Positions 44,621-60,016 of a stretch of 64,000 bases of DNA are shown piece after piece. This stretch comes from Eledone cirrhosa. Taxonomy: Eukaryota. Where the stretch lies: assembly GCA_964016885.1 (NCBI GenBank), contig OZ024741.1, positions 38,378,001 to 38,442,000 of the forward strand, given 5' to 3'. The notes under the pieces were generated by a model. That model searched no databases and had not been told where the DNA came from. It saw only the letters and a program-made list of their open reading frames with translations. Position 1 is the first letter of the stretch. The number at the start of each line of letters is the position of its first letter. Both the position numbers and the translations under genes were made by a program.

Positions 44621-45039
44621 TCTCGAAGCACATCCGTGGCTCCCATTTTCAGATTTGGAAAGGATCTTCTCGGAAAATATTCCCCGACTGATGGGTGGTG
44701 GATGATATACGCACACAGAAGCTGAAAAACTATCGCAACATGCCATTAGAAGAAAAGCTGTATATATATTATGAGAAGGCTATGCATGGTTATATTGTTG
44801 GAAAGCGTCACAGTAATACTGACAAAGAGAACCAATGTAGTCGAATCTTGAACCAACAACCATAATGTTGGCTCTCATTTTAAAGGATATGCGATTGTAA
44901 TCGAGAAACAAGAAATAAGACGAAATACATGATGTGCTAAAAGGATTGAGATGCAGGCAAAACACCAACCGACATACACTGTGGAATTAACATCGAAGGT
45001 GTTACCAATACTATAAGCCAAAGTTTGCCTCAAACCAGG

Positions 45040-45308
45040 AGGATCATCAGGCCGGTGATTATTCCGGTTTCGTAGCGTGAAGCGACTGAGAGTACAAGAC
45101 CCCCACCCCCATGGAGAGGACGCCAGTTCATCGCAGAGTTAACCCTCCAGCTATTGCTGGTACTCATTTTCAGTTGAGTATATTAGAGCAAAGTGAAATG
45201 AAGTGTTTTGCTCAAGAACACAACACACAACTCATCCCAGGCAGGAATCAAACCCACAATATTATGATCGTAAGTCCAACAACCTTACCACTAGGTCACG
45301 TGCCCCCA
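45040..45308 (-). mobile_element. tRNA-derived SINE with conserved central domain
   Basis: A-box TGACCTAGTGG, B-box GGTTTGATTCC, then GTGTTCTTGAGCAAAACACTT..TGAGTACCAGC..GCGATGAACTGGCGTCC. Confidence 0.75.
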
Positions 45309-45967
45309 CAACTATAAGCAGCTGTCCAAAAATGTAAATGTCATATTAACCTTTCAGGCATGATGAATTGAGCAAAACATTGTGCAATACAATCCATAAA
45401 AAACCAGTCCTGATGTTAAAAAATATAAGATACGGGTATATAAATAGCATAATTATACGTTATAAGAACAAACCTTACTAGAATGTTCCTGTCAAGACCT
45501 CAGTAAAATGTATGAACAACAGTTGCTCGGGAGTGATCAACTATTTTACCACTCCAAGGCGATGGATTGCTGGAATTGTTAGAAGTATTTCTTCCAGGTA
45601 TTTGTTTTCTGAGCTGAAATCCCACTGCAGCCAAATTGTGTTGTAGATATAATCTGTCGCTCGGTTTAAGACCACTACATGGACCTTAGCTGCATTTAGC
45701 GAAGTATATTTTGTTGCAAACATTCCGGGCAGGTTAGATTTGTAGAAACAACCTTCCCTCTACCCTAACATCAGTCTCAGAGGCTCTGAAAACGATCATG
45801 AGTAATTCGCTTACCTCTCCGGCTAAACTCTTTCCCTCTTCCCTCTGTTTCACTCTTCCCCCACTCTCTTATATATATATAGTAATAATAATAAATTTGA
45901 AGACTAAAATCCAAAGAGGGCTCGATAAGGATAAATTTATATCAAATATATAAGAACCGTAGAGCAA

Positions 45968-46102
45968 ATATTTATTAAAATAACAGATTAAAGTTTAAGC
46001 AAAGAATCGCTGCTTTCACCCTTAGTTAGTTTCAGAAGATCCCGTTAAGGGTGAAAGCAGCGATTCTTTGCTTAAACTTTAATCTGTTATTTTAATAAAT
46101 AT
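45968..46102. mobile_element. Fold-back mini-element (about 58-bp perfect arms) with degenerate hammerhead
   Basis: Loop and right arm read CAGAAGA tccc gttaa gggt GAAA gcagc (U4 mutated). Confidence 0.75.
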
Positions 46103-46262
46103 ATATCTATATATATATATATATACATATACATATGTGTGTGTGCGCGCGCACGCGCGTGTGTCTGTGTAATCTAAACTATAATAAAGTAAGAAGCGCT
46201 GGACTGCATACGGTTAATGATTTTTTATCCACTTAGTAAAATAAGTTGGATTACTTTGAATA

Positions 46263-46447
46263 AATAATTGTTTCTAAATTTGGCACAAGACCAGCAATTA
46301 CCCAGTACATTACTGGTACTTTATTTTATCGACCCCGTAAGGATGAAAGGCAAAGTTAACCTCGGTGGGATTTGAACTCAGTCTGTAAAGGGACGTAACT
46401 ATGCTAGAAAGCATGGCGTCCGACCCTCTACCGATACTGTCAATCCA
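46263..46447 (-). mobile_element. tRNA-derived SINE (array family)
   Basis: Same core and tail as 30642-30826. Confidence 0.9.
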
Positions 46448-46841
46448 ACACCCTAAGGGTGGTTTTTCTGCTAGTTCCTGATGATGTGCAGGTATTTATG
46501 TATTGTGTATTGTGTGAATAATTGGTAATTAAACGTTTCTGGTTGATTTGTTGTTTACATATGCATTAAAGGTTATCGCCTGTATAAAAACGATCGTGGA
46601 TATTGAAAATGGATTTAATTTGATAACCATGGTTCTCTTCATTTTCAATATTTATGCTTTGTTACCCAGCATTTCCTCAACAGCAAGAACATTAACCTTC
46701 GGAAGAGTACTTCGATTATTTTGAATTACTTATGTGACTTTAAGCGTGCATTGAGCTTTCCTCACCTGGCGAAAAGTAATAGTAGAATATTCCATTATAA
46801 TCGACTACACATGCACACAAACACATGCATATATAGACAAT

Positions 46842-46872
<31 letters not shown>

Positions 46873-47184
46873 TGAGAGAGTGAGAGAGAGAGAGAGAAAG
46901 TGAAATTAGAAATAGCACGGAAAATATATTTAAGGGTCTGTCTTTCCTCTTTTTCCTTTCTTTGATTCGTCAAAGTGACATTATTGAAAAAATAAGAGAC
47001 ACAATTCTAAAATAAAAAAAAGACTTTTATAATGTATATAAAGTATTTAAAGTATAACCGGTTTCGATGTATCTTATCAAATGTTGAGTATTACACTTAA
47101 AAAGAACTAATGAGAATTAAAACTAAAAATTAAAGATTTAAAATTAAGAGGTAAGTTTTTTTTCCCATCGTCCTTGATGAGAAG

Positions 47185-47243
<59 letters not shown>

Positions 47244-47310
47244 AATGAAGTAATTCCATCGGAAAAGTCCAGGAAAAAAGAGTGCTCTATGTAAGCAACA
47301 GAGCTTAATT

Positions 47311-47529
47311 ATTATTATTATGTAATAAACAACATAAGGCAATTATTCCATTTACCAGTGGTTTCTTAAAAGCAAAAGGTTTTGCTTTCAATCCTCAGAA
47401 TGAAAAATCCTGGTTTGTTAGAAACAAACCAGGATTTTTCATTCTGAGGATTGAAGGCAAAACCTTTTGCTTTTAAGAAACCACTGGTAAATGGAATAAT
47501 TGCCTTATGTTGTTTATTACATAATAATA

Positions 47530-47530
<1 letters not shown>
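47311..47530. mobile_element. Fold-back element (arms about 108 bp) with hammerheads at 47349-47402 (-) and 47440-47493 (+)
   Basis: catt CTGAGGA ttgaaggcaaaa cc ttttgcttttaa GAA ACCAcTGGT A aatg. Confidence 0.88.
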
Positions 47531-47578
<48 letters not shown>

Positions 47579-49546
47579 GGTCTAGTGATTTTTAGGATAC
47601 CAGATGTGTGTGTATATATATATACAAGTTTCGCTACATACCAATAGCAATCAAAGTATAACAATTAAGTTGAATAAATTTATATTAATAGTTTTACTTA
47701 TTTATACGTTACCAAATCCTCTGTAGGCTGTAAATTTGATCAGCTCTTTCAGATGTGGTAAAAAATAATTTCTTAGGATTTGAAATGAAGAAGCTGGTGG
47801 TGCTATATACACTCTAGCGACACGAGATATTTAAAGAACCCAGTCAATGATGACAACGCCACCTTGTGTCTTTTAACAGAGGTGATAGGTGGTTCTTTTG
47901 CAACTCTGAGCTTCGCAATATCTCTGTTACAGCAGAAAATATGGACTAATCAATCACTGTGTAATCTGACCGCAGATTAGTGACTATGGCAACGTGTCAT
48001 GACATTCTCTTACTTTCACTAAATTATTCGTTCACATCATTAGCATCACTCTCCCTTCTTTTCTCTCCCCTCTCTCCCTCCAACTCTTTCTTCCTCTCTC
48101 TTTCTCTCTCTTTTTTATTAACATTTGCCTTTACAACTTACAAAGTTTATTCCGTCCAGACTTTCATAAAATTCATCAACACACAAATATATATATTAGT
48201 TCACAATCTTTGCTTTATTCACCTTCTTATGATTATTCTTCCATTAAATTCGGAATTTCCATGATTCATCCGCAATTTGAGGAATAAATATTTCGAATTT
48301 AGACAATAGATTCTTTCGTTTTCTTTTTTTTTTACATTAGTCAAGCTTTTCATCAAATTTAGAAGAACAGTTATGACTGAAATGATACTTTGTCGAGGTC
48401 TTCTCTAACGTCCCACAAAGTATGTACCATAAATCGCCTACCACACATCAAGATTCCACATTATCCCACATTGAATCCCTTATAATTTCTATTCTACTCC
48501 CCCTCTCTCTCTTTCATGTTTATTCTGTCCAAACTATCTCCAAACATACATCATATAGTATACAAGGTATACTTATTTCAACTTGTTATAATGATACATT
48601 TGTCTATCACAAATGACTCGTAGTTTCATTACATTGCTGATTCAAAAACTTTGAACGTCATTTCAAATCTTAGATTGATGAATGAGTCAATTTTCACGCA
48701 AAAGTTGCATTTATTTTCTGTATTCATTTCTTGTCAATGACAAAATTGAAGGGTAATTGGTATAGAGTTAACGTATTAATGAGATTTTGTCGAGTATTTA
48801 GCAAGGGCTAATTAGGTGTTCTTGGGTATAATCCACTTTAACCAAATCAGCTTCATTTTTAATACGATCGGAACACACATACAGACCCACATACAGACCC
48901 ACATACCTATACACACATTGCGAACTGTGCAGTGTAGCTGTCTGCAAAAATAATGTGTATGTATACATATACGTACCTATATATAACTTTGATACCTTTA
49001 ATAGGTTTCGGCCAGTATTGGCCCTGGCCATGTCTAACTTAATAGCACCACCTCACGAAGTCTTTAAAATCAGGATTTGGACACCATGGCCCACTCAAGT
49101 AGAGAGTTATTGTTTACGGAGAAAAATCCGTGTGTAGGAGGTTTATCCGGAATTTCTTGAAGGAATTTGTCGAAAGACTTCTATAATATAGTATAATATT
49201 GTTTAAATGAGCACAAAGAGCACAAAGAGATTCAGAAATCAACGAATACTCGTTATTCAGCCACCGACTGTAGTTTACGTAACGTTACGATAGTTTACAT
49301 GGGACCTGGTTTCGATGCATAAGGGTGGGACCTGAACTACAGCTGCATCAGTAGCTTGTAATGTTCTAACTACTATCAATAGATAAAAACAGGACGGATA
49401 TACGAAATACGGGAGTATCGACAAAAGGACAAAATAAAATGTCAAGAAAAAGACGTACAGTAAGAATTTGTCTGTAACAAGTAGACGGTTGCTGTGGCAA
49501 ACAAAATAATTAAAAAATAAAATAAAAATAATTGGAAAACAATGTG

Positions 49547-49627
<81 letters not shown>

Positions 49628-49739
49628 GTATATATATTCACATTACTTTTTATGGGGAAAAAATGCTTGTGAAGTGTTCTTTTTAGATTACCTCATTGGA
49701 ATCTACTCCTCTTTATATATATATATATATATATATAAT

Positions 49740-51595
49740 GTAGGAGGTGAGTTTTATTGTAGCACAATAAAGCAATGCAAATATCGGATAAGTAGCACTC
49801 AACAGTTTATAGGACTGGAGTATAAATAATATAAGATCAAAAGATGGTTAAAAGAGTTCCATGTATTTTATTATGCGCATTTCAAAAACAAATATCATCA
49901 TGGGATGATACTTGCGTTCTCATCAGATAAAATAGGAAGACATGATATGAAGTTTAAAAAACACTTGCGAGCAGTGAAGTGTTCAATCTACATATGAAAA
50001 ATAAAATAAGATGGATATATGAGATTGGGGAAAAAGAAAGAAGGAAGGGAGAAGGAAAAGGTAAAGAAGAGGAAGAAAGAAAATAAAGTATGACGGGGGA
50101 GGAGTATAAGAAGGAAGGATGAGAGAGGAGGAGAAATGAGAGAGAGAGAGAGAGATAGCCTTTAATACTGAGAAACACTGTCTTACAAAGAGAAATTTAA
50201 AAAATCGTTGTAAGATAATACATAATTAAAAAAAAATTTGAAATTAAAAGTTAATGAGGTTTATGAATGGTGATGTTTATGATTAAAGAAAGAGGAATTA
50301 AGAATAGTATTTATTTAAGGTTTATATATTGAAGGGTTTAATAATATGTGCGAAAAGGAATTTATTAATATGTATTATTAAAATAAAAATATTAAGGAGA
50401 TAAGGTGAATGAAGAAGAAATTAAATGAATTATGAACTTAGGGGTAGGGTCTAAGTTTGTTTCTATGTATTGTAATATGAAAAAGTAAATGATAGGTTTA
50501 ATACGAGCACGAAGGAGAGAAGAAAGAAGAACAATTAAGGAAGAAAAAATATATAACGTCAAAAATATATGTTTACAAAATTTACTAATGGTAATATTAG
50601 TATATAATAAAAATATAGTTTGTATGGCCAAGAATAGAGGGAAAATACTATAGTGAGTAATAATATGAATTAAGAAGTAATTGAGAAGTAAAAGTTACTG
50701 ATTAAAGATTAGAAATTAAAAAAGAAAAAAGGATAAAAGGAAAAAAGGATAAAAAAAAGAAGAAAAATAGGGGACCGCTAACGACATAGAATGAGTAAAT
50801 TGTATACTATAATATACCGAAATAAGGTAGAAAGCTGGGTATATTTGTAAAAGATATAAAAGCGTTTGAGGAAAGAAGATTTTAAACTAATTAGGTAGTG
50901 AGATAGCTGTATACTTTATGGAAAGTTCTATGGGATTTATGCAAGCAGAGCGAAAATAAATCCGTACGTCTATTTATTATAGAATTAAAATTAGAGATAA
51001 TGGTAAATTTCTCGGCTAGGCAGAGATTACATGTTCTGGATAGGGAAGAATTCCGGTAAGGAGAGGCGTTGTAAACCTTCCTCCAAGAAATGTTGTAGTT
51101 AATATTTTTTCTTTTAAGGACCATATGAGTTCTGAGAGTGCCGTGTTAGTTCTTTTAAGTTGGTATTTAAAAGACGAATTGTGATTATAAAATCTTGCTT
51201 TAAAGGAAGTGGGAGTGGAACCAAATTTTTATCAAGACATTGGTTATTAAGAGGACATTTAGTTCTAACAGGGCAATTACAATTACGATTAGAGAAATTA
51301 CCAGAGTTATTAACAAGTGACCTAGTATTATTTATAGAAGGAATTGGATTGGAGAAGTTATTTACGATAGGTGCCAAAGTTTCCTGATTTAGATTGGTGT
51401 TATGAACGTTCGACAAAGTTACATTTGACGTCGTATTTAAATTTACTGAATCTAGCCTAGAGTTAGCATTGACGCCGGGTTTACTATTGCTATTATTATG
51501 ACGCTCAGTGTTGGATGGATATAATTTATTATTTAATATTTTATTATTATGTTTAGAGATAATGTTAGACATGTTGGAAGTGGTGGAATAAGTGG
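49740..51595 (-). mobile_element. 5'-truncated PLE, third family (Hydra-clade-like); hammerhead at 49864-49934
   Basis: NCNCPVRTKCPLNNQCL and ISW..ASPY..CNLCLAEK..INRRTDLFSLCLHK. Ribozyme: tattttat CTGATGA..GAA ATGCGCAT A ataaaata. Confidence 0.85.
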
Positions 51596-51799
51596 TGGCC
51601 TTGTGCCTAAATCAGAAACCATTATTAATAATTAGGCTGCGGCAATGATGATGCACCGCATTAAAGGGATTTAGTCGAGCAGTTCTTAGTTTATTTATTT
51701 TGTTGTTTTTGTGTTCATGTCTAGTATTTATATTCTCAATGTCTTTTCGTAGGAACACAAACAGTAAACACAGCCACACGAATACGTACATACATACAT

Positions 51800-52522
51800 A
51801 TAACTCAGCACTGCTCCTTTGAAGGAGGTTGAGGAGACTAAAGATCTTGGTCTGCTGGTCGAATCGTCCTTCAAACCATCAAAGCATTGCATTCAAGCCG
51901 CAAACAAGGGAAGGGGCTCTCTTTTTCTTATTCGACGTTCCTTTACCAAACTCACTCCAGAAATGTTCAGGCCTCTCTATGTCGCCCTCGTGAGACCGCA
52001 CCTAGAATATGGCATCCAAGCATCAAACCCATATCTCATCCGAGATATCCATGACATGGAGAGAGTTCAACGACTAGCGACTCGAATGGTACAGGGTCTT
52101 CATGAGATCCCTTACGAAAGCGGGCTGCAGAAGCTGAACCTCTTCTCCTTGGAGCGTCGACGGCTACGAGGCGATCTCATTTTGGCTTACAATCTCTTCA
52201 ATGGCCATTACAATCTCCCTCAAGATCTCCTATTCACTCTGGCACTTGAAAGGGGTCTACGTGGACATGACAAAAAGCTGTTTCACCGCCGCTTTCGCCT
52301 AAATAGACGGAAAGCTGCTTTCTCGATCCGCATCTCTGGACCCTGGAATCGGCTTCCAGAAGAAGTAGTCAACGCGCCAACCACGCAGCAATTCAAGGCG
52401 AAATTGGACCGGTGTTGGACCACTGTGTTTCCGACTGTAAATTTTGCCCCTCTCTCCTCCTTACATGGCATCTGAAACATCTATGTTTTATTTTCTGCCA
52501 AATATATTGAATTGAATTGAAA
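51800..52522 (+). mobile_element. CR1-clade LINE 3' fragment (C-terminal part of the RT protein, 51819-52475)
   Basis: KDLG, LVRPHLEY, ERVQRLATR, LFSLERRRLRGDLI, LRGH, WNRLP; (ATTGA)n tail. Confidence 0.9.
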
Positions 52523-52619
52523 AATACATACATACATATATCCATACATACATATATATATATATACATACATACGTACCAACGTACATATATACACACA
52601 TATACATATATACATATAT

Positions 52620-53242
52620 GATGGCTGCCCCTCGTTATCGAGTATGGCCATTGCATGATATACCATTATTAATAATTATTAATTAATTCTATCGAGCAAT
52701 GCTTGTGCATGAAGATATTTTTTTAAATGAGGAAAGACTGTGCACTGAGCCAATCCCACTCTCTGAGCGACAGTAGCTATAACACGAAAAGAAGAAAATA
52801 TCAACATCATCGGTAACTACTGAGGCGCAGGTTTTATATCGGAGTTATCCCAGTTTCTTGAGTTGCCTTCTAGAAAAATGCCCTGACAAAGGCTAGGAGT
52901 CCTTCACTCCGAAGTGGTTTAAGCGCGCGATCGGGTGTCCAGCCTGATTATTTCTATGTCCCCGCGTATGTACACACACATGCACCCATGTATATACACA
53001 TATACATATACATACATATGTACATGTGTATATACATATTTACACACTTTTGGATGGCCGTTGACTCTTATGAGATCTTCCGCCCTTTGTCAGGTTTTGT
53101 TTTTTGTCCTGCAGGGTGTCCAAAATCACCCTCCTCACCAAGTAAACTTGGTGGGGTTGCCGGTTTAGTCGCCGACGACCCGACCATGCGACAGGTTGTA
53201 CTGGGTTACATGTTACCAATAGCACTCAAGAGTGACCCGACA
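52620..53242 (-). mobile_element. Non-autonomous RTE-derived element (about 620 bp)
   Basis: Homologous to 1-357. Terminal GCAATGGCCATACTCGATAACGAGGGGCAGCCAT also occurs at 19771-19805; related copies at 43492-43650 and 53935-54255. Confidence 0.6.
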
Positions 53243-54359
53243 TAAAATATATATACATATATACATACACATATACATACACATACACATATGCATATAT
53301 ACATACGTGCATACACACATATACACACACATATATATATATATATACATACGTAAACACACACACACACACATATATATTCAGGGATACATACATACAT
53401 ACAAACACTTATATACACATATATACATACGTACACACACACACACATATATACATGAATACATACATACATACACACACTTATATACACACATATACAT
53501 ATATATATACATACGTACACACACTCACATATACATATATACATACGTAGGCACACGCACATATATACATGGATACATATACACACTTATATACACACAT
53601 ATACATATATGCATACGTACACACACATATACATGAAAACATACATATATATACACACTTATATACACACATATACATATATATATATATACATACGTAC
53701 ACACACACATATACATACATATACATAATTACATGTTTATCGTCGTCTGTTTTTCGTGTACCATTACATACTGACATGGATTGGACAAGTTGTTTTGCGA
53801 CAATGTTTTACAGTAAAATGCCCCTCCTGGCACTACCCCTTTCGTTACACCTTACGACATGCGAGGATCTGTGTTCCCATCTTAAAACCCATGATACCTG
53901 TGGCAAATTCATACATACATACATACATACATACATGGTGGCTGCCAACTCGTTTTCGAGTACGGCCACTACTTTATATCCATGTAGGAGAACCCCTACC
54001 GATGCGCTGAACGAGTGTGACTTTTTAGTCCAGCCAGCGACTTGACAACTCTGGTAAAAACACTACACTTGTGACAATTATTGACACATAGTGCTGGGCC
54101 CATGGTACCATGTGACGACAAGTGCAGAGAGATCTCCAGATATAAAGCAATGCCTGTGCCATGAAGCTTTTATAGTGAGCAAAGGCACTGCACAAAGTCA
54201 GTCCCACTCTCTTAACCAAGATGATATTTACCAAAAAGAAGAACAAGTCAACATACATACATACATACATACATACATACATACATACATACATACATAC
54301 ATACATACATACATACATACATACATACATGTATACACACATACATACAGAAGGCATGC

Positions 54360-54880
54360 ACAGTAGTGGAAGTTAGCTGCCCAGCAGATGCCAATATAAT
54401 ATCAAAGATTAGCAAAAAAGAGAATATTTATGCAGAACTGATCAGAAATCTGCAGATACTCCACCCTGATTACACCTTCAGATTTATACCTGTGATTATT
54501 GGGGCACTGGGATATGTTAGTAACTGCCTCAATACAAATCTTGAGAAGCTAGGCTTCACAGGAACAGAAAGAACACAACCAGTTAGGAAATTACAAGTAC
54601 AATCCATTAACGGAACAGTAAAAATATATGTAAAACATTCCAAAATTGTTGCATCTAATAACTGCATATACACATGTACAGATACACACATACAACTCAA
54701 CACATCCACACATACAATAACATCCACACATGAATTCATGCATGCATGCATACATATCTACCTAGTTGATGTTGTGTAAATTCCAATTAGAGAGTCTTGT
54801 AACTATGTTAGAAACCGAATCTCTCTCTATTGGCAAACATTTGTGAAATTATAAAACCAGAAGAACATACATACATAATT
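54360..54880 (+). mobile_element. R4/Dong-like 3' fragment flanked by (CATA)n
   Basis: VEVSCPADANI..KKENIYAEL..FIPVIIGALGYV; ends AAACCAGAAGAA(CATA)n. Confidence 0.8.
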
Positions 54881-54992
54881 ACACACACACATACACATTC
54901 AAATCATTGGGTTGTAGTATAGGCTAATAATCTTATCAGTACACAAGTGAAACTCCGGAGTAACGAGACTCAACACTCAGCTATATAGAAAG

Positions 54993-55467
<475 letters not shown>

Positions 55468-55864
55468 TAATAACTCCAGAAAACTTACCTTTAGAGTGTT
55501 TTTAATCTATTGTAAAACTATACTCTTTGAGTAATCAATGAACCAAATTAATCTTTGGTTATATATATAAACCTTAAAAGCATGGCATGATGCGTTGTGT
55601 CCTTGAACAAGATACTTTATTTGACGTTGTTCCAGTTCACTCAGCTGTAAAAATCAGTTGCGATGTCATTGCCTTTTCCTTGGACTATATCGGTGGCATG
55701 AAGGGGGGGGGGGGGTATGTATGGGTGACTGCTTGTCTTCCACAAACAAACTTTGCTCGGACTTGTGCCTCGGAAAGGAAACATTCTAGGTGCAAATCAC
55801 ATTGTCACTCCTCACCGAATGGAGTCTTTACCCCTTGCAAGCTTTTCCCCCTATATATATATAC

Positions 55865-55913
<49 letters not shown>

Positions 55914-56489
55914 CAGTATATATGATTTTGATTTTAATTTTGATTTTAATTTCAAATCTTTAATTTTTAGTTTTTAACTCCTATTAATTCTTTTTAATTT
56001 TTATTTCAATACTCAACATATAATAAGATGAATTTTACCAATACATCGAAACCGGTAATACTTTATGTACTTTTTATACTTTATAAACATTTTTTTAAAA
56101 AGAATTGTCCCCCTCATTTTTTCAATAATGTCATCTTTTCAATAATGTCACTTTGACAAATCAAAGAAAGGATAAAAAAGAAAAACAGACTCTTAAATAT
56201 ATTTTCCGTGCTGTTTCCAACTTCACCTTTTCTATATATCCAGTGTTTTGTATAGAAGCTTACTTCCCTTTTCTAATATATATATATATACAACATGTTC
56301 AAACGATCAAATTTTAGTTTAGAATGATCTAAACTAAAATTTGATCGTTTTAACACTTTGTATCATGGCTCTGTAAAACACTTGAAAATTTGCATTGAGC
56401 CTTTTGTCATACCGGTAACCAGCTAGTACTTAGTACTAGCCTCCATATTTATAATTGTATTAAACATATATAAATATAAATATTCTTAT

Positions 56490-56546
<57 letters not shown>

Positions 56547-56551
<5 letters not shown>

Positions 56552-57257
56552 GGAAAAAATGAAACGAAATTTCATTTCTCACTCTTAGTACGGCTGTTAC
56601 TTAAATATAAGTATGTATACGTACATACATATATGTGTACAGACGTACAGTAGTATGTATATATATATACATACATGCACACATATATATATGTACGTAT
56701 GGGTTTACCGAACATTTATTATAATGCTCGGTTTGTTTGTAAACAAACAGCCCGAACTAAGCCGTACAGTATTTAGCAACCATCGTTGCCCTTTTGTTCA
56801 CAACTGACATATATGTATGTACATATACATACTTATATTTAAGTAACAGCCGTACTAAGAGTGAGAAATCAAATTTCGTTTCATTTTTTCCATTTATTGT
56901 TTTCGGTGCGCCCAGCCGATTAACTCAGTCGATATGCAAATTAGGCTGCTCAGCCGTTAATATGCATAAGGAAAGTATATACTTTCAGACGTTCAATCAT
57001 CTGGCAGGAAGGTATACGATGCTGACGATAGCTAATAAGCTTGAAACTAGTACATCGTTCCTTTGTCAGTGTTGAACAAAAGAGCAACGATGGTTGCTAC
57101 ACACTGTACGGCTTAATTCTGGCTGTTTGTTTACAAACACACTGAGCATTATAATAAATGTTCGGTAAGCCTATACGTACATATATATATATGTATGTAT
57201 ATATATACATGCTACTGTACGTCTGTATACGTATATGTATGTAGAGATACATACATA

Positions 57258-57260
<3 letters not shown>
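56547..57260. mobile_element. Tandem/inverted mini-element, family D, hammerhead at 57016-57058 (+)
   Basis: acgatg CTGACGA tagctaataagctt GAA ACTAGT A catcgt. 56547-56615 is inverted at 56828-56896, and 56615-56808 is inverted at 57066-57245. Confidence 0.82.
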
Positions 57261-57309
<49 letters not shown>

Positions 57310-57316
<7 letters not shown>

Positions 57317-57401
57317 GGGAACAGGTTCTTTTCACGACCTTTATACTAGTTACTCATGGTAGGAAGGGCAATGTCCATATCTATATTTACTGTATACATA
57401 T

Positions 57402-57479
<78 letters not shown>

Positions 57480-57598
57480 ATATGTATACAGTAAATATAT
57501 ATATATATATATACAATATATGTATACAGTAAATATAGATACTCCTACCATGAGTAACTAGTATAAAGGTCGTGAAAAGAACCTGTTCCCATTTATAT
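57310..57598. repeat. Inverted repeat centred on a (TA)n tract
   Basis: ATAAATGGGAACAGG..CATGGTAGGA is mirrored at 57543-57598. Confidence 0.8.
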
Positions 57599-57912
57599 GA
57601 GACATGAAATGATTTGAACTCGTATGTAGGTCTTCTCATATGTCCTTGTTAGGAATGGGTACTTAATCTAAAAGTTATAAAACATTTTCGAAACATGGAA
57701 CAAAATCGGCTGACGAGGTTCCTCTAAGTGTTTAGCTTCACCCTTCACTGACGGTCACAGTTCTTGAACATTGAACAGATGAAAAAAGAAAAGAGTAGAA
57801 GCAAATATCTACATGAAATTTGTGTCGAAAATGTTCTTAATATATTTACATTTTCTCTTCATATATTATATATCTACTGAAACTCTAGAACGAATCGATA
57901 TTATGTAAAGTA

Positions 57913-57990
<78 letters not shown>

Positions 57991-57998
57991 TATATAAA

Positions 57999-58203
<205 letters not shown>

Positions 58204-58274
58204 TAATATATATATATATATTTATACATATATATATATATTTGTTTTGTAAGGTTTCTGACATGACCCTCCCC

Positions 58275-58317
<43 letters not shown>

Positions 58318-58572
58318 TATACATATTAAATACATGCCTATTTACAGATGTAGCATTTTAGTATTTTCTAACTTGTTCACATGTATGCATTGCAATGTGT
58401 TGATGAATCTACCTACGTGGCATCGATCAAAAGGAAGTTACGTACCATTAGAGGTATCGCTCTACTGCCTTCAGGAGGCCGTTTCACACAACACACAGTG
58501 AATAGAAGGCACATTGATATGTCCATATATGTTTTGGAAGTCATGTAAATACAAATAAACACACACATATAA

Positions 58573-58612
<40 letters not shown>

Positions 58613-58613
58613 G

Positions 58614-58654
<41 letters not shown>

Positions 58655-58778
58655 ATGTATATACATATATGTATATATATATATATATATGTGTGTGTGT
58701 ATATAATTTGTTTAATTTATTTATATTTATATATATATATGTATATATATTTATATATATATATATTATATATATTCA

Positions 58779-58815
<37 letters not shown>

Positions 58816-59559
58816 CTCACTAAATTTATTTACCATAAGTAATTTCGCTTCACCATTAGGCTCAGCTAAAGCTCCACTTATTTTGCTTTATTTTGCTGCC
58901 TGCCATAAAACAAGGTGCAAAGGATCAGACGTTGTAGTGTCCTTTTCTTTTTTTTTTATTATTATTTTACCTGTAACTATATCAATCCATAAAGTACAGA
59001 GTATGATTATAATAATTTAAAAAATATCAATAAGAAAAAATGACTGAATCTATTCACTTCGAGACGTATCTCAATAGATACACACCGGCTCCACAGTTTT
59101 GCAATCTTTATTGTATATTGCAGCCCAGCACCCGTCCGATTCTTGAAGGGACAGTTGCTAGCCGGGAGCACACACCAAATATCTCGCATTTGCAAAACCA
59201 TCTTGCATTGGCTGAAACGAGTGCCGAATGGAAAAAAACTTTTGACACGAAATCACCAAAAAATTCGGTCACTTATCACGTGATCTTCTTCAACTTATTA
59301 AATTGTACTTGAAACATATAGCCATATGTTGCATAAAATTGAAATAAATTCTCAGCATCAGTTAGATGCGAGTTACAAGACGGCATAGCTACACATCTCT
59401 CCGCCCCTCTTAACTATTGAAAATCCTGAAACTTGTGAAACCGGTAAAGTTATACATTATTGTAAATAAACCTTCTTAAAGACTTCAATTGCAATTTCAA
59501 CTTCGTTTTCCTTATATCTTTACCGGTGTGGGATACATTAAAAAAAACACATTACTTTC

Positions 59560-59605
<46 letters not shown>

Positions 59606-59840
59606 TACAAGGACGATTTGTTAGCCCTTCATTACGTCTATTTATTGGTGACGCGCGTTTCGCCATTGATCAGCTCATGGTTTTAATGACAGAATCTGTC
59701 ATAACAACAACAAAGGTCCGACGAACTTTTGATTGCCGAGTCGAGCCAGATCGATACAGATCGAACCATGAGCTGATCAATAGCGAAACGCGCTTCACCA
59801 ATAAATAAACTTAATGAAGGCTTAAAAAATCGTCCTTGTA
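59606..59840. mobile_element. Old fold-back element with degenerate hammerhead (59715-59799)
   Basis: Arms at 59606-59682 and 59764-59840; ggt CCGACGA..GAA ACGCG.. TC acc. Confidence 0.7.
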
Positions 59841-59951
59841 TTATTATATTTACACTCTGTTTAGCTCTACACCTCGCTACAAACGTGAACCTAAACAACG
59901 AGTGCTCACCTGGGTGAATCTACAGTAACTTCGCGTTATACTCCCTGGATA

Positions 59952-60009
<58 letters not shown>

Positions 60010-60016
<7 letters not shown>

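Noticed and set aside
59040-59312. ORF with STRPIL, weakly like a PLE RT motif
   Set aside because: Similarity too weak to call.
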